Shown here: positions 1 through 8,939 of the stretch, in pieces
Layout of the letters: each line of letters begins with the position of its first letter
Numbering within the stretch: the first letter of the stretch is position 1
IMG/VR virus record: IMGVR_UViG_2531839178_000021
Span: 1-39,572 of that record
Reading direction: 5' to 3' (one strand)
Length of the DNA stretch: 39,572 bases
From: a virus
Lineage: Duplodnaviria > Heunggongvirae > Uroviricota > Caudoviricetes
Notes under the pieces: generated by a model
Told to the model about the DNA's origin: nothing
What the model saw: the letters and a program-made list of their open reading frames with translations, nothing else
Databases searched by the model: none
Made by a program: the position numbers and the translations under genes

Positions 1-17
1 TTAAGCGCAGCTATTTA
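1..17. mobile_element. Terminal 15 bp of an IS630-family element whose body lies upstream of the window, plus TA target duplicate
   Basis: bp 1-15 ttaagcgcagctatt is the exact reverse complement of the left terminus (29888-29902) of the complete IS630-like copy in this window; TA follows at 16-17 as at that copy's junctions. Confidence 0.8.
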
Positions 18-894
18 GTATCCGTTGTAGCGTGATAATACTTCCTCCATTAATCATGAAATGAGTGGCAAAGCTGTGCCTTAGTGCATGTGTGGCTTGC
101 CCCATTGGCAAATCCGGTTTTATTGCTTTCATTGTTCGTCTGAAGCGAGGGTAATCAGCATCAGGGAATAAAAAACCTCGTTTGTTATCCGCGATCATTT
201 TGGCAACAGCCTCTGAGATCGGGACGGTGCGTGGTTTGTTTGTTTTCGTTTTAACAAACGTGACGCGGTTATGGATGATATTTTCTGCTTTCAAACGAGC
301 TGCTTCTCCCCAACGTGCTCCAGTACTCAGGCAAAGAATCGCAATCTTTTTGTTGTCGCCGTCAAGAGCAGCAAGCAGTAAGGCAATTTCTTCCTGCGTG
401 AGATAGCCTGTGTCTGGTTTTTCCTCCTTAAGCCTTTTTGTCCCTCTGATAGGGTGCTCACCAAAGAATAACTCCGCTTCAATCAGGGCTGTAAACATGC
501 CGCTAATACATGTTAAATCACGATTGATACTCGAAGGTTTAATACCCTGACTTCTTCGGGTGGCGCAGTACTGGCTGATAAGCGATTTCGTAATTTGAAA
601 TGCGCATGGGTCATTCGTTATTTTTGTGAAGATTTCAATTTTTCCAAGATTAGATTTCCCATGCTCTTCGTGTTTACCCTTTAAATCCCACCAGATCTGT
701 GTCAGCTCCGACAGACGTCGCTTGTCTGTTGGTTTTGATAGCCATTCTTTATTGTGGTGGTTGTACAACGTGTATTTCTCGAAAGCGACAGCTTCGCTTT
801 TCTTATCAAACTTCCTACGGATGCGTTTTCCATTACGTCCAGTAGGGCGGATGTCCACTTCATATCGACCATCATCGAGTTTTTTGATTGCCAT
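1..894 (-). pseudogene. int: P2-type tyrosine integrase, truncated at its 3' end by the IS630 insertion; last codons (..NSCA stop) are IS-derived and the C-terminal catalytic Tyr region is absent
   Basis: 297-codon ORF beginning MAIKKLDDGRYEVDIRPTG; ends ..ALRHSFATHFMINGGSIITLQRIL then IS terminal repeat; no downstream LGH..Y motif. Confidence 0.85.
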
Positions 895-1009
895 CAGAAA
901 ACCCTCCGAGTGGTGTGTTTTTTTGCGACTACTAATCGCTTTTTTCGTGGTGGCTGAAATTTAGCCACCAATAGTAGGCACTTGTGATGAATATATTCAC
1001 GATGAATTG

Positions 1010-1309
1010 TTAACCAGTCTTTTGACCGGAGTGGGGCGACGTTGTTTCGTTTTGCCCAAAGTGTGCGAGAGCGGGCGCAATTTGCCCGGACTCAGGAGCG
1101 ACCTGATTGGTCATGAACCATAAAGTGTATTTGGTGAATTGTGGGGTCTGCAGGATGTTCATCATGACATCTGTTGGAGGTGTTGAACGACCACTTTCAT
1201 AGTAACTCAGCGTGCCATACGGAACCCCTGTTAAATCAGCAAGTTGTTGTCTGCTCAAATACTCTGATTTTCGCATTAAGACTATCTTCTCGCTTATCGT
1301 GTTTGACAT
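1010..1309 (-). CDS. C: Immunity repressor C (99 aa)
   Basis: 99-aa ORF MSNTISEKIVLMRKSEYLSRQQLADLTGVPYGTL with HTH; divergent from cox, as in P2. Confidence 0.9.
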   Translation of the reverse strand: MSNTISEKIVLMRKSEYLSRQQLADLTGVPYGTLSYYESGRSTPPTDVMMNILQTPQFTKYTLWFMTNQVAPESGQIAPALAHFGQNETTSPHSGQKTG

Positions 1310-1423
1310 GGTGTTTAGATCTCAATAGTATTTAGTTTAGATGTAGATTGTTTGGTGCTTGGATGTGGGCACTAAAAGGCATTATAAGGCATTAAACGCA
1401 ATTCATGAGGGCTGGAGGACGAC
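1310..1423. promoter_or_regulatory. Divergent Pc/Pe promoter-operator region of the lysogeny switch
   Basis: 114-bp intergenic region between divergent C and cox; TAGAT-containing direct repeats at about 1314-1320, 1336-1342 and 1344-1348 are candidate C operator half-sites. Confidence 0.5.
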
Positions 1424-1699
1424 ATGAGCAAGCAAGTAACACTCATGACTGATGCGATTCCTTATCAGGAGTTCGCAAAACTAATAGGAAAATCGACAGG
1501 AGCGGTTCGTCGGATGATCGATAAAGGAAAGCTGCCTGTAATTGATATGACCGATCCACAATCAGCTTCAGGTCGTGCAGGTGAATATTGGGTATACCTT
1601 CCGGCATGGAATAACGGACTAAAACTGGCTTATGAAAGCCGCCCTAAAGAGATTCGTGACGGCTGGTTGATGTGGTTAGGTCTCGGTGAACCACGTTAA
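1424..1699 (+). CDS. cox: Cox (excisionase / repressor of Pc), 91 aa
   Basis: ORF MSKQVTLMTDAIPYQEFAKLIGKSTGAVRRMIDKGKLP; first gene of early operon. Confidence 0.9.
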   Translation: MSKQVTLMTDAIPYQEFAKLIGKSTGAVRRMIDKGKLPVIDMTDPQSASGRAGEYWVYLPAWNNGLKLAYESRPKEIRDGWLMWLGLGEPR

Positions 1700-1709
1700 G
1701 GAGAACCGT

Positions 1710-1880
1710 ATGAATGAGCCTCGTTGTATTGCTCAGTTATTGCGTAACGAAAGCCCCAGGGCGATTGACTTTACCATCACCCACGGGAAGGGACGCAAGG
1801 GAATCATTATCCGCACCAAAAAACAGAGTCCGTTAAAGAAGGCTCTGACCTTTCTGAAAAGCCGGAGGGTCTGGAAATGA
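1710..1880 (+). CDS. Small early protein (P2 orf78-like)
   Basis: ATG at 1710 preceded by AAGGAG; occupies the position between cox and B. Confidence 0.6.
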   Translation: MNEPRCIAQLLRNESPRAIDFTITHGKGRKGIIIRTKKQSPLKKALTFLKSRRVWK

Positions 1881-2179
1881 CAGTGATGACGCTCAATCTC
1901 GTTGAAAAACAGCCAGCAGCTATGCGCCGGATAATTGGCAAGCATCTTGCCGTCCCTCGCTGGCAGGATACATGTGATTATTATAATCAGATGATGGAGC
2001 GCGAACGGCTAACGGTTTGCTTTCATGCACAGTTAAAACAGCGTCACGCAACGATGCGTTTTGAAGAAATGAACGACGTCGAACGTGAACGACTGGTATG
2101 TGCAATTGATGAATTGCGTGGCGCATTCTCAAAACGCCGTCAGGTTGGCGCAAGTGAGCATGCATATATTAGTTTTTTA
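1877..2179 (+). pseudogene. B: Replication gene B, 5' part (codons 1-101), interrupted by IS insertion
   Basis: ORF MTVMTLNLVEKQPAAMRRIIGKHLAVPRWQDTCDYYNQ runs into IS terminal repeat at 2180; removing the IS and one TA copy joins it in frame to 3098-3295, giving 166 codons. Confidence 0.85.
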
Positions 2180-2239
2180 GGCTGTGTCCCTTAATCATCT
2201 GAGCTATAGTAACTGTCTGTTTACACAACATATTGAACT

Positions 2240-2689
2240 ATGGCTCGCTACGACCTTCCCGATGAGGCATGGACCATCATCAAGCCCCTGTTACCTCCTG
2301 AACCCGCCACACCACGGGCCGGACGCCCATGGGCTGAGCACCGTAAAATCATCAATGGCATGTTCTGGGTGTTATGTTCCGGTGCACCATGGCGCGATTT
2401 ACCCGAACGATATGGGTCATGGAAAACTGTTTATAACCGCTTTAACCGATGGTCAAAGTCAGGCGTGATTAATATTATTTTCAACAGGTTGCTTTCGCTA
2501 CTTGATGCAAACGGCTTTATTGACTGGTCTGCCACCGCGCTGGATGGCAGTAATATCCGGGCGCTGAAATGTGCCGCCGGTGCTCAAAAAAACATCCCGA
2601 TATCGACGGAGATAATGGGCTGGGTCGCTCTCGCGGCGGTTTTGGCACCAAAATCCATCTGGCAACAGACGGAAGTGGCCTCCCGTTAA
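2240..2689 (+). CDS. IS transposase OrfA (DUF4096-like N-terminal part)
   Basis: MARYDLPDEAWTIIKPLLPPEPATPRAGRPWAEHRKIINGMFWVLCSGAPWRDLPERYGSWKTVYNRFNRW; A7 run at 2586-2592 places OrfB in the -1 frame. Confidence 0.8.
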   Translation: MARYDLPDEAWTIIKPLLPPEPATPRAGRPWAEHRKIINGMFWVLCSGAPWRDLPERYGSWKTVYNRFNRWSKSGVINIIFNRLLSLLDANGFIDWSATALDGSNIRALKCAAGAQKNIPISTEIMGWVALAAVLAPKSIWQQTEVASR

Positions 2690-3084
2690 ATATCGTGCTA
2701 AGCCCCGGACAAGCTCATGAAAGCCAGTTCGCGCAACGACTTCTGGACGGGATTGGCGTTCAGCGTCAGAACGGCAGCATGAAACGCCGTGGACATGCGG
2801 TACTGGCTGATAAAGCGTATTCAGGGCGCGCATTGCGCAACGAGCTGAAAAATAACGGTATAAAGGCAGTAATCCCCCGAAAGTCAAATGAGAAAATGGC
2901 ATCGGATGGACGTGCACAGCTTGATCGTGATGCGTACTGCAATCGTAATGTCGTTGAACGGTGCTTTGGGCGGCTGAAAGAATATCGCCGCATCGCCACG
3001 CGTTACGACAAAACGGCGAGAAATTACCTGGCGATGGTGAAACTGGGCTGCATCCGACTCTTTTATCAACGCTTACGTAATTAA
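2569..3084 (+). CDS. IS transposase OrfB (DDE catalytic part), expressed as OrfAB fusion by -1 frameshift
   Basis: ...ADKAYSGRALRNELKNNGIKAVIPRKSNE...NRNVVERCFGRLKEYRRIATRYDKTARNYL, IS4/IS5-superfamily C-terminal signature. Confidence 0.8.
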   Translation: MCRRCSKKHPDIDGDNGLGRSRGGFGTKIHLATDGSGLPLNIVLSPGQAHESQFAQRLLDGIGVQRQNGSMKRRGHAVLADKAYSGRALRNELKNNGIKAVIPRKSNEKMASDGRAQLDRDAYCNRNVVERCFGRLKEYRRIATRYDKTARNYLAMVKLGCIRLFYQRLRN

Positions 3085-3097
3085 GGGACACAGCCTA

Positions 3098-3295
3098 ACA
3101 GTCAGTCAGCGTCGTACTTTATTTATGCACGCCGGATTGACAGAAAAAGAATTTAATCAGCCATACTGGCGAATTAATGAAGAGTCATGTTACTGGCGTG
3201 ATGCTTTATTCCGTGCATTACGTGAATTATTCAGCCTGTTTGAGTATGCACCGACAATTCTGACGTCGGTAAAACCAGAGCAATATCTGCATTAA
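3098..3295 (+). pseudogene. B: Replication gene B, 3' part (65 codons) downstream of IS
   Basis: in-frame continuation TVSQRRTLFMHAGLTEKEFNQPYWRINEESCYWRDALFRALRELFSLFEYAPTILTSVKPEQYLH, stop 3293-3295. Confidence 0.8.
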
Positions 3296-3358
3296 GTAAT
3301 TAACCAGAGTTTTTAACGCACTTAATTGTGCGGGGCTTCTTTTTGCCTGGAGAAAGTC

Positions 3359-3583
3359 ATGCATACAGTTTCTGAAAATCAGTGCGGTAAATACGCATTA
3401 CTGCTGCAACAGGCCAGAACCGAAGCACAGGCCGACGCGGCGACGCGCTTTTCTTCTCATCTTGACGTCATGATTCGCCACATCACAAAGGCGGAGTTAT
3501 CCCGCGTGGAGATAGTCGAGCTGCTCAGTCAGGAGTCGGAAAAATTTCACAATATCGGATTGTCTCGCGGGGAGGTACTTTGA
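3359..3583 (+). CDS. Small early-operon protein (P2 orf80-like)
   Basis: ATG 3359 with GGAGAAAG upstream; [24 protein letters not shown]. Confidence 0.6.
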   Translation: MHTVSENQCGKYALLLQQARTEAQADAATRFSSHLDVMIRHITKAELSRVEIVELLSQESEKFHNIGLSRGEVL

Positions 3584-3882
3584 TGTCCTGCTCTCATTCA
3601 GTTGTATTACTGAATAACGCCTTAAAAATCGCCGTTATGAAAAATGGCGATTTGTCTCTTATTCAACTTTGTCTTGATAAAGAAAAACGCGACATCACTG
3701 AATCTGTTATCGCGATTTATCAGAATGAATTAAACCTCCTGTCTGATGTGGTCAATTTACTTGTTAAACGCGCTGTATTCCACAAGCAAATTTCCTCAGT
3801 GGATGAACTGACAAAATTAACGACAGAACTTGCCAGTTATTGCGCTGATGTATACAGGAAACTTAACGATAAAAGGAGCTGA
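3580..3882 (+). CDS. Small early-operon protein (P2 orf81-like)
   Basis: 100-aa ORF, start overlaps previous stop (ATGA). Confidence 0.6.
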   Translation: MMSCSHSVVLLNNALKIAVMKNGDLSLIQLCLDKEKRDITESVIAIYQNELNLLSDVVNLLVKRAVFHKQISSVDELTKLTTELASYCADVYRKLNDKRS

Positions 3883-3884
3883 TA

Positions 3885-4109
3885 ATGCCGGACAACGTAG
3901 ATTTTATTCAGGAACAACAGGCTGAATTACTGGAGCGCCAGATTAACGCGGCAAGGGTAAAACATTGCGGTGCTTCTGCGCTGGTTTGCGAAGAGTGTGA
4001 CGCGCCAATACCTGCTGCCCGTCGTGCGGCTTATCCGTCAGCCACGCGTTGTGTTTCCTGTCAGTCAGTCTTTGAAGCAAAAAATAAACATTACCGGAGA
4101 ACGGCATGA
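3885..4109 (+). CDS. Small C4 zinc-finger protein (TraR/DksA-like; P2 orf82-like)
   Basis: CEECDAPIPAARRAAYPSATRCVSCQ, a Cx2C..Cx2C motif. Confidence 0.65.
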   Translation: MPDNVDFIQEQQAELLERQINAARVKHCGASALVCEECDAPIPAARRAAYPSATRCVSCQSVFEAKNKHYRRTA

Positions 4110-4381
4110 GTATTCGTATTGAAATTGGCGAACGTTATGTCGTTACCAGTGACAGCTTCCAGTTTATTCTCCACGAGAAAAAGAGAGCGGAAAGCGGTAA
4201 AAACGCCGGTCAGGAATGGCTGGCGGTGGTTGGTTATTACCCGAAATTAAGCCAGCTTGTTTCCGGCCTGATGCATCACGATATTCTGACCGGAAGCGCA
4301 AAGTCTTTTGCTGATTTAAACGCGCAGGTTGAGCAACTCAGCAAGCGTTGTTCAGAGGCTTTTGGCTCATATGGCCGTTAA
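4106..4381 (+). CDS. Small early-operon protein (P2 orf83-like)
   Basis: 91-aa ORF MSIRIEIGERYVVTSDSFQFILHEKKRAESGKNAGQEW; translationally coupled. Confidence 0.6.
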   Translation: MSIRIEIGERYVVTSDSFQFILHEKKRAESGKNAGQEWLAVVGYYPKLSQLVSGLMHHDILTGSAKSFADLNAQVEQLSKRCSEAFGSYGR

Positions 4382-6653
4382 AGCCTCCGGGCGTTTTGTC
4401 CCTCCGTCAGCATTTGCTGCAGGCACCGGTAAGGCGTTTACCGGTGCTTATGCATGGAACGCGCCACGCGAGGCTGTCGGGCGCGAAAGACCCTTTACAC
4501 GTGACGAGATGCGTCAGGTGCAAGGTGTTTTATCCACGATTAACCGCCTGCCTTACTTTTTGCGCTCGCTGTTTACTTCACGCTATGACTACATCCGGCG
4601 CAATAAAAGCCCGGTACACGGGTTTTATTTCCTCACATCCACTTTTCAGCGTCGTTTATGGCCGCGCATTGAGCGTGTGAATCAGCGCCATGAAATGAAC
4701 ACCGACGCGTCGTTGCTGTTTCTGGCAGAGCGTGACCATTATGCGCGCCTGCCGGGAATGAATGACAAGGAGCTGAAAAGGTTTGCCGCCCGTATCTCAT
4801 CGCAGCTTTTCATGATGTATGAGGAACTCTGCGATGCCTGGGTGGATGCGCATGGCGAAAAAGAATCGCTGTTTACGGATGAGGCGCAGGCGCATCTGTA
4901 TGGTCATGTTGCTGGCGCTGCACGTGCTTTCAATATTTCCCCGCTTTACTGGAAAAAATACCGTAAAGGATAGATGACCACGAGGCAGGCATATTCTGCC
5001 ATTGCCCGTCTGTTTAACGATGAGTGGTGGACTCATCAGCTTAAAGGCCAGCGTATGCGCTGGCATGAGGCGTTATTGATAGCTGTCGGGGAGGTCAATA
5101 AAGACCGTTCTCCTTATGCCAGTAAACATGCCATTCGTGATGTGCGTGCGCGCCGTCAGGCAAATCTGGAGTTTCTTAAATCGTGTGACCTTGAAAACAG
5201 GGAAACCGGCGAACGCATCGACCTTATCAGTAAGGTGATGGGCAGTATTTCTAATCCTGAAATTCGCCGGATGGAGCTGATGAACACCATTGCCGGTATT
5301 GAGCGTTACGCCGCCGCAGAGGGTGATGTGGAGATGTTTATCACGCTGACCGCGCCGTCAAAGTATCACCCGACACGTCAGGTCGGAAAAGGCGAAAGTA
5401 AAACCGTCCAGCTTAATCACGGCTGGAATGATGAGGCATTTAATCCGAAGGATGCGCAGCGTTATCTCTGCCGTATCTGGAGCCTGATGCGCACGGCATT
5501 CAAGGATAATGATTTACAGGTCTACGGTTTGCGAGTCGTCGAGCCACACCACGACGGAACGCCGCACTGGCATATGATGCTTTTTTGTAATCCACGCCAG
5601 CGTAACCAGATTATCGAAATCATGCGTCGCTACGCGCTCAAAGAGGATGGCGACGAAAGAGGAGCTGCGCGAAACCGTTTTCAGGCAAAACACCTTAACC
5701 GGGGCGGTGCTGCGGGATATATCGCGAAATACATTTCAAAAAACATCGACGGCTATGCACTGGATGGTCAGCTCGATAACGATACCGGCAGGCCGCTGAA
5801 AGACACCGCCGCGGCTGTTACTGCATGGGCGTCAACGTGGCGCATCCCGCAATTTAAAACGGTTGGCCTGCCGACAATGGGGGCTTACCGTGAACTACGC
5901 AAATTGCCTCGCGGCGTCAGTATTGCTGATGAGTTTGACGAACGCGTCGAGGCTGCACGCGCTGCCGCAGACAGTGGTGATTTTGCGTTGTATATCAGCG
6001 CGCAGGGTGGGGCAAATGTTCCGCGCGATTGTCAGACTGTCAGGGTTGCCCGTAGTCCGTCGGATGAAGTTAACGAGTACGAGGAAGAAGTCGAGAGAGT
6101 GGTCGGCATTTACGCGCCGCATCTCGGCGCGCGTCATATTCATATCACCAGAACGACGGACTGGCGCATTGTTCCGAAAGTGCCGGTCGTTGAGCCTTTG
6201 ACTTTAAAAAGCGGCATCGCCGCGCCTCGGAGTCCTGTCAATAACTGTGGAAAGCTCACCGGTGGTGATACTTCGTTACCGGCTCCCACACCTTCTGAAC
6301 ACGCCGCAGCAGTGCTTAATCTGGTTGATGACGGTGTTATCGAATGGAATGACACGGAGGTCGTGAGGGCGCTCAGGGGCGCATTAAAACACGGCCTGAG
6401 AAGACCAAACCGTCAGCAAAGAAACGGAAGCCCGTTAAAACCGCATGAAATAGCGCCATCGGCCAGACTGACCCGGTCGGAAAGAATGCAAATTACCCGT
6501 ATCCGCGTTGACCTTGCTCAGAACGGTATCAGGCCGCAGCGATGGGAGCTTGAGGCGCTGGCGCGTGGTGCGACCGTAAATTACAACGGGAAAAAATTTA
6601 CGTATCCGGTCGCTGATGAGTGGAGTTGGTTTTATTGTTATTCAGAGCAATAA
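4371..6653 (+). pseudogene. A: Replication initiation protein A (rolling-circle nickase), 761 codons, interrupted by an in-frame TAG at 4971-4973
   Basis: ORFs 4329-4973 and 4974-6653 are in the same frame separated only by TAG; combined span from ATG 4371 matches the recalled 761-aa length of P2 gpA; HUH-like region ..PHWHMMLF.. and GYIAKYISK present. Confidence 0.8.
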
Positions 6654-6769
6654 ACATCTGATTTAATTTGTTGCATAATAGTAAAATTGCTGTTTATCTG
6701 CATGTGTTAACTATTGATAATTATGTTGCTAATAATGTGTGCAAATTTATACTGAAAAAGGTGAAAACG

Positions 6770-6922
6770 ATGAATGATATCTTTGTTCTTACAAGGGAAG
6801 AGCTTGAAACACTAGATTATAGTGTTTTTATGCATATACCAGTTACATTTCATGCACATAAAATAAAAAATATCTGGATGGGATTGCTGAATCATCAGAA
6901 AACCCCAAAGAGAAAAAATTAG
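6770..6922 (+). CDS. Cargo locus ORF segment 1 (frame 2), possibly the N-terminus of one larger gene
   Basis: ATG 6770 with AAGGTG 7 nt upstream; low-GC; frame-1 ORF opens at 6862 overlapping this segment across A6 runs (6865-6870, 6913-6918). Confidence 0.45.
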   Translation: MNDIFVLTREELETLDYSVFMHIPVTFHAHKIKNIWMGLLNHQKTPKRKN

Positions 6923-6936
6923 CATCTCTTTTTGGT

Positions 6937-7242
6937 ATGCTATATAGTTTCAATTTGCAAGTTGTTAACAACACTCCATCATTTGAACCCCAAATGATTT
7001 GGGGTAATAAAAGATCAATATTGCCTGAAGATTTTGATGAGCAGGTGAATGACTGTCTTTTATATGTTTCTCAAAAAATAACCAATCCATTTTTGTTATC
7101 AAGAATATATGATGTTGTTTGGTGTAATAATCGGAAAAATAAAGACGTGGCAATTAAAGCAATTGATTCCTATGCTGAAATGCTAAATATAGCAATTGAA
7201 AAGCTAATAATAAAAACGAAAGCATGGATGAAAGTGATTTAA
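6937..7242 (+). CDS. Cargo locus ORF segment 2 (frame 1), hypothetical
   Basis: 101-aa ORF MLYSFNLQVVNNTPSFEPQMIWGNKRS...; overlaps segment 3 by 19 nt across an A5 run (7212-7216). Confidence 0.45.
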   Translation: MLYSFNLQVVNNTPSFEPQMIWGNKRSILPEDFDEQVNDCLLYVSQKITNPFLLSRIYDVVWCNNRKNKDVAIKAIDSYAEMLNIAIEKLIIKTKAWMKVI

Positions 7243-8600
7243 ATTGCTTTATTTTTGCTCGTGATTATATTGCTAGGGCTTTGCACATTAATAAAATGGT
7301 CTACCCTAGAAAATCAGAAGGAAACATGGCGATTAAAAATGCCATTCATTCTCTTTATAGTATTCAAAATGAAAGATTAATCTTTGAAGGTTTCAATAAT
7401 TTGACTTGGTTTATGGTGCGTGATTTTGATGGGTATAATCTGCAGTATGCGGAAAATGCTGAGAAGATGGCTGAGCAGCATAAAGATAAAAAATATTATG
7501 ATGCTGTAAAATCACTTTATATGACAAGTGCAGTTATTTATGAAAAAAATGGTGAGTATGAACGTGCCAAGAGATGTAAACTGGCATCTGCAAATATTAC
7601 TATTAAAGTTGCAACAGATCGACCTGATAATATGGGTAAGATCTCTTGGTTAAGAACAGCTATCTCTGAATTAAGACAGTACGGTGGTGATAGCCAACAG
7701 ATAGAAGATTTAAAGGAACAACTTGCTAATTTGAGAGAAGAAGTAAGGAGTGAATATGTCACTTTAAGCCATTCTATTGATATTAGTGACTTGGTTGCTG
7801 AAAGTGAAAAAAAACTGACGGGGCGTTCTTTGCCCGATATATTCAAAGTTTTAATGCGTGAAACACCGATTGAAAATATTGAAAGCATGAGGGAACAAGT
7901 TTTAAGATTATCAGAAAAAAGTTTATTCTCTAGTTTTGTTGGAACAGAAATTAATGATGAGAGTGGGCGTAAGATATATACAATCCCGCCGTTGGATAAT
8001 AAAAAAGATATGAGTGATGATGTTGTTATTGATCAATATCTAAGAAATTTCGAGATTACTCATAAGATTTTTGTAAACGGTGTCTTTGAACCTGCTCGCT
8101 ATGTACTTTCTCAAGAACATGGCTTGACGTTGTCAACATTCGTTAAATTGGTTACAACTAGTCCAATTGTCAAGCCGGAGTTTAGGGAGATTTTTAATTT
8201 GGGCTTTTACAAATTATGGCAGGGAGATTACATCAGTGCAGCTTATCTTTTAATACCACAAATGGAGGGTATGGTTCGTTATTATTATGAGCTTAGTGGA
8301 AAGGATGCTACTAGATATTTGGATAAGGGATTAGAGGAGTCAACAAGTATTTCTCAGCTTCTAGATAAATGCAGAGATGATTTGGAAAGTATCTTTTCTA
8401 AAAATCTTGTTTTGACTATCGATGTTCTTTTTAACAGAAAGAGTGGGGCAACCTTAAGACATAAATTAGCACATGGTAATTTATATACTAATGCTTGTTA
8501 CGATGAAACAACGACATATGCATGCATCCTGATTTTCTTTCTGTGTGCTTATCCTCTCCTACCATATTTTGATACTGTTTTTGAACAGGGCTCTGTTTGA
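7224..8600 (+). CDS. Cargo protein, 458 aa, unknown function with C-terminal HEPN-like R-x4-H motif; candidate abortive-infection/defence effector
   Basis: low-GC ORF; motif RHKLAHG encoded at 8457-8477; coiled-coil-like EDLKEQLANLREEVRSEY; no Walker A, so not an Old-type ATPase. Confidence 0.6.
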   Translation: MDESDLNCFIFARDYIARALHINKMVYPRKSEGNMAIKNAIHSLYSIQNERLIFEGFNNLTWFMVRDFDGYNLQYAENAEKMAEQHKDKKYYDAVKSLYMTSAVIYEKNGEYERAKRCKLASANITIKVATDRPDNMGKISWLRTAISELRQYGGDSQQIEDLKEQLANLREEVRSEYVTLSHSIDISDLVAESEKKLTGRSLPDIFKVLMRETPIENIESMREQVLRLSEKSLFSSFVGTEINDESGRKIYTIPPLDNKKDMSDDVVIDQYLRNFEITHKIFVNGVFEPARYVLSQEHGLTLSTFVKLVTTSPIVKPEFREIFNLGFYKLWQGDYISAAYLLIPQMEGMVRYYYELSGKDATRYLDKGLEESTSISQLLDKCRDDLESIFSKNLVLTIDVLFNRKSGATLRHKLAHGNLYTNACYDETTTYACILIFFLCAYPLLPYFDTVFEQGSV

Positions 8601-8751
8601 TAACGTATACGTTGAGGCATAAAACCTATGCATACTTAGCTGCATCAATTTGCACGAGGTATTTCAGTATGCATTTTCTGCGTAATAGTAGGGATTGCTT
8701 GGTTTGGTAGTTGTAATTCAACTGCATTCAAACCGACCCATGAAGCGGGCG

Positions 8752-8770
8752 GGCGAGGCGGGGAAAGCAC
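8752..8770. other. cos: cos site (19-nt cohesive end sequence of P2-type phages)
   Basis: GGCGAGGCGGGGAAAGCAC matches the recalled P2 cohesive end; located between the A-side cargo and Q as expected. Confidence 0.7.
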
Positions 8771-8912
8771 TGCGCGCTGGCGGTGGTGCTGATTTTATTT
8801 TTTCAGCGTCTCAGCGCGTCGTGACGGCGCTTAGTCTGCCCGTTGGGGTGTTGGTGTGTCTGCGGGCTGTTTTGTGCTGTGGTGAGCGTGTGAGGGCGTG
8901 ATGACGGGATGT

Positions 8913-8934
8913 AAAAAAGCCGCCCGCAGGCGGC
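8913..8934 (-). terminator. Rho-independent terminator downstream of Q
   Basis: minus strand GCCGCC-tgcg-GGCGGC followed by TTTTTT. Confidence 0.6.
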
Positions 8935-8939
8935 GATGT

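Larger units (their letters stand above)
2180..3095 (+). mobile_element. IS5-family (IS427-group-like) insertion sequence, copy 1, ~916 bp, flanked by TA duplication
   Basis: terminal inverted repeats ggctgtgtcccttaat (2180-2195) and attaagggacacagcc (3080-3095); TA at 2178-2179 and 3096-3097; two overlapping transposase ORFs. Confidence 0.85.

Noticed and set aside
2498-3091. 197-aa ORF antisense within IS copy 1 (and 22925-23431 in copy 2)
   Set aside because: Antisense to the transposase OrfB, whose DDE-type motifs are clear.
6937-7242. Interpreting the 101-aa ORF as P2 tin or orf91
   Set aside because: No resemblance I can support; frame relationships suggest it is a segment of the larger cargo gene. 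P2 tin/old appear absent (no Walker A ATPase ORF in 6654-8600).
8695-8901. 68-aa ORF across the cos region
   Set aside because: No RBS, Ala/Gly/Arg-rich low-complexity translation, overlaps the cos site and the Q terminator; most likely non-coding.
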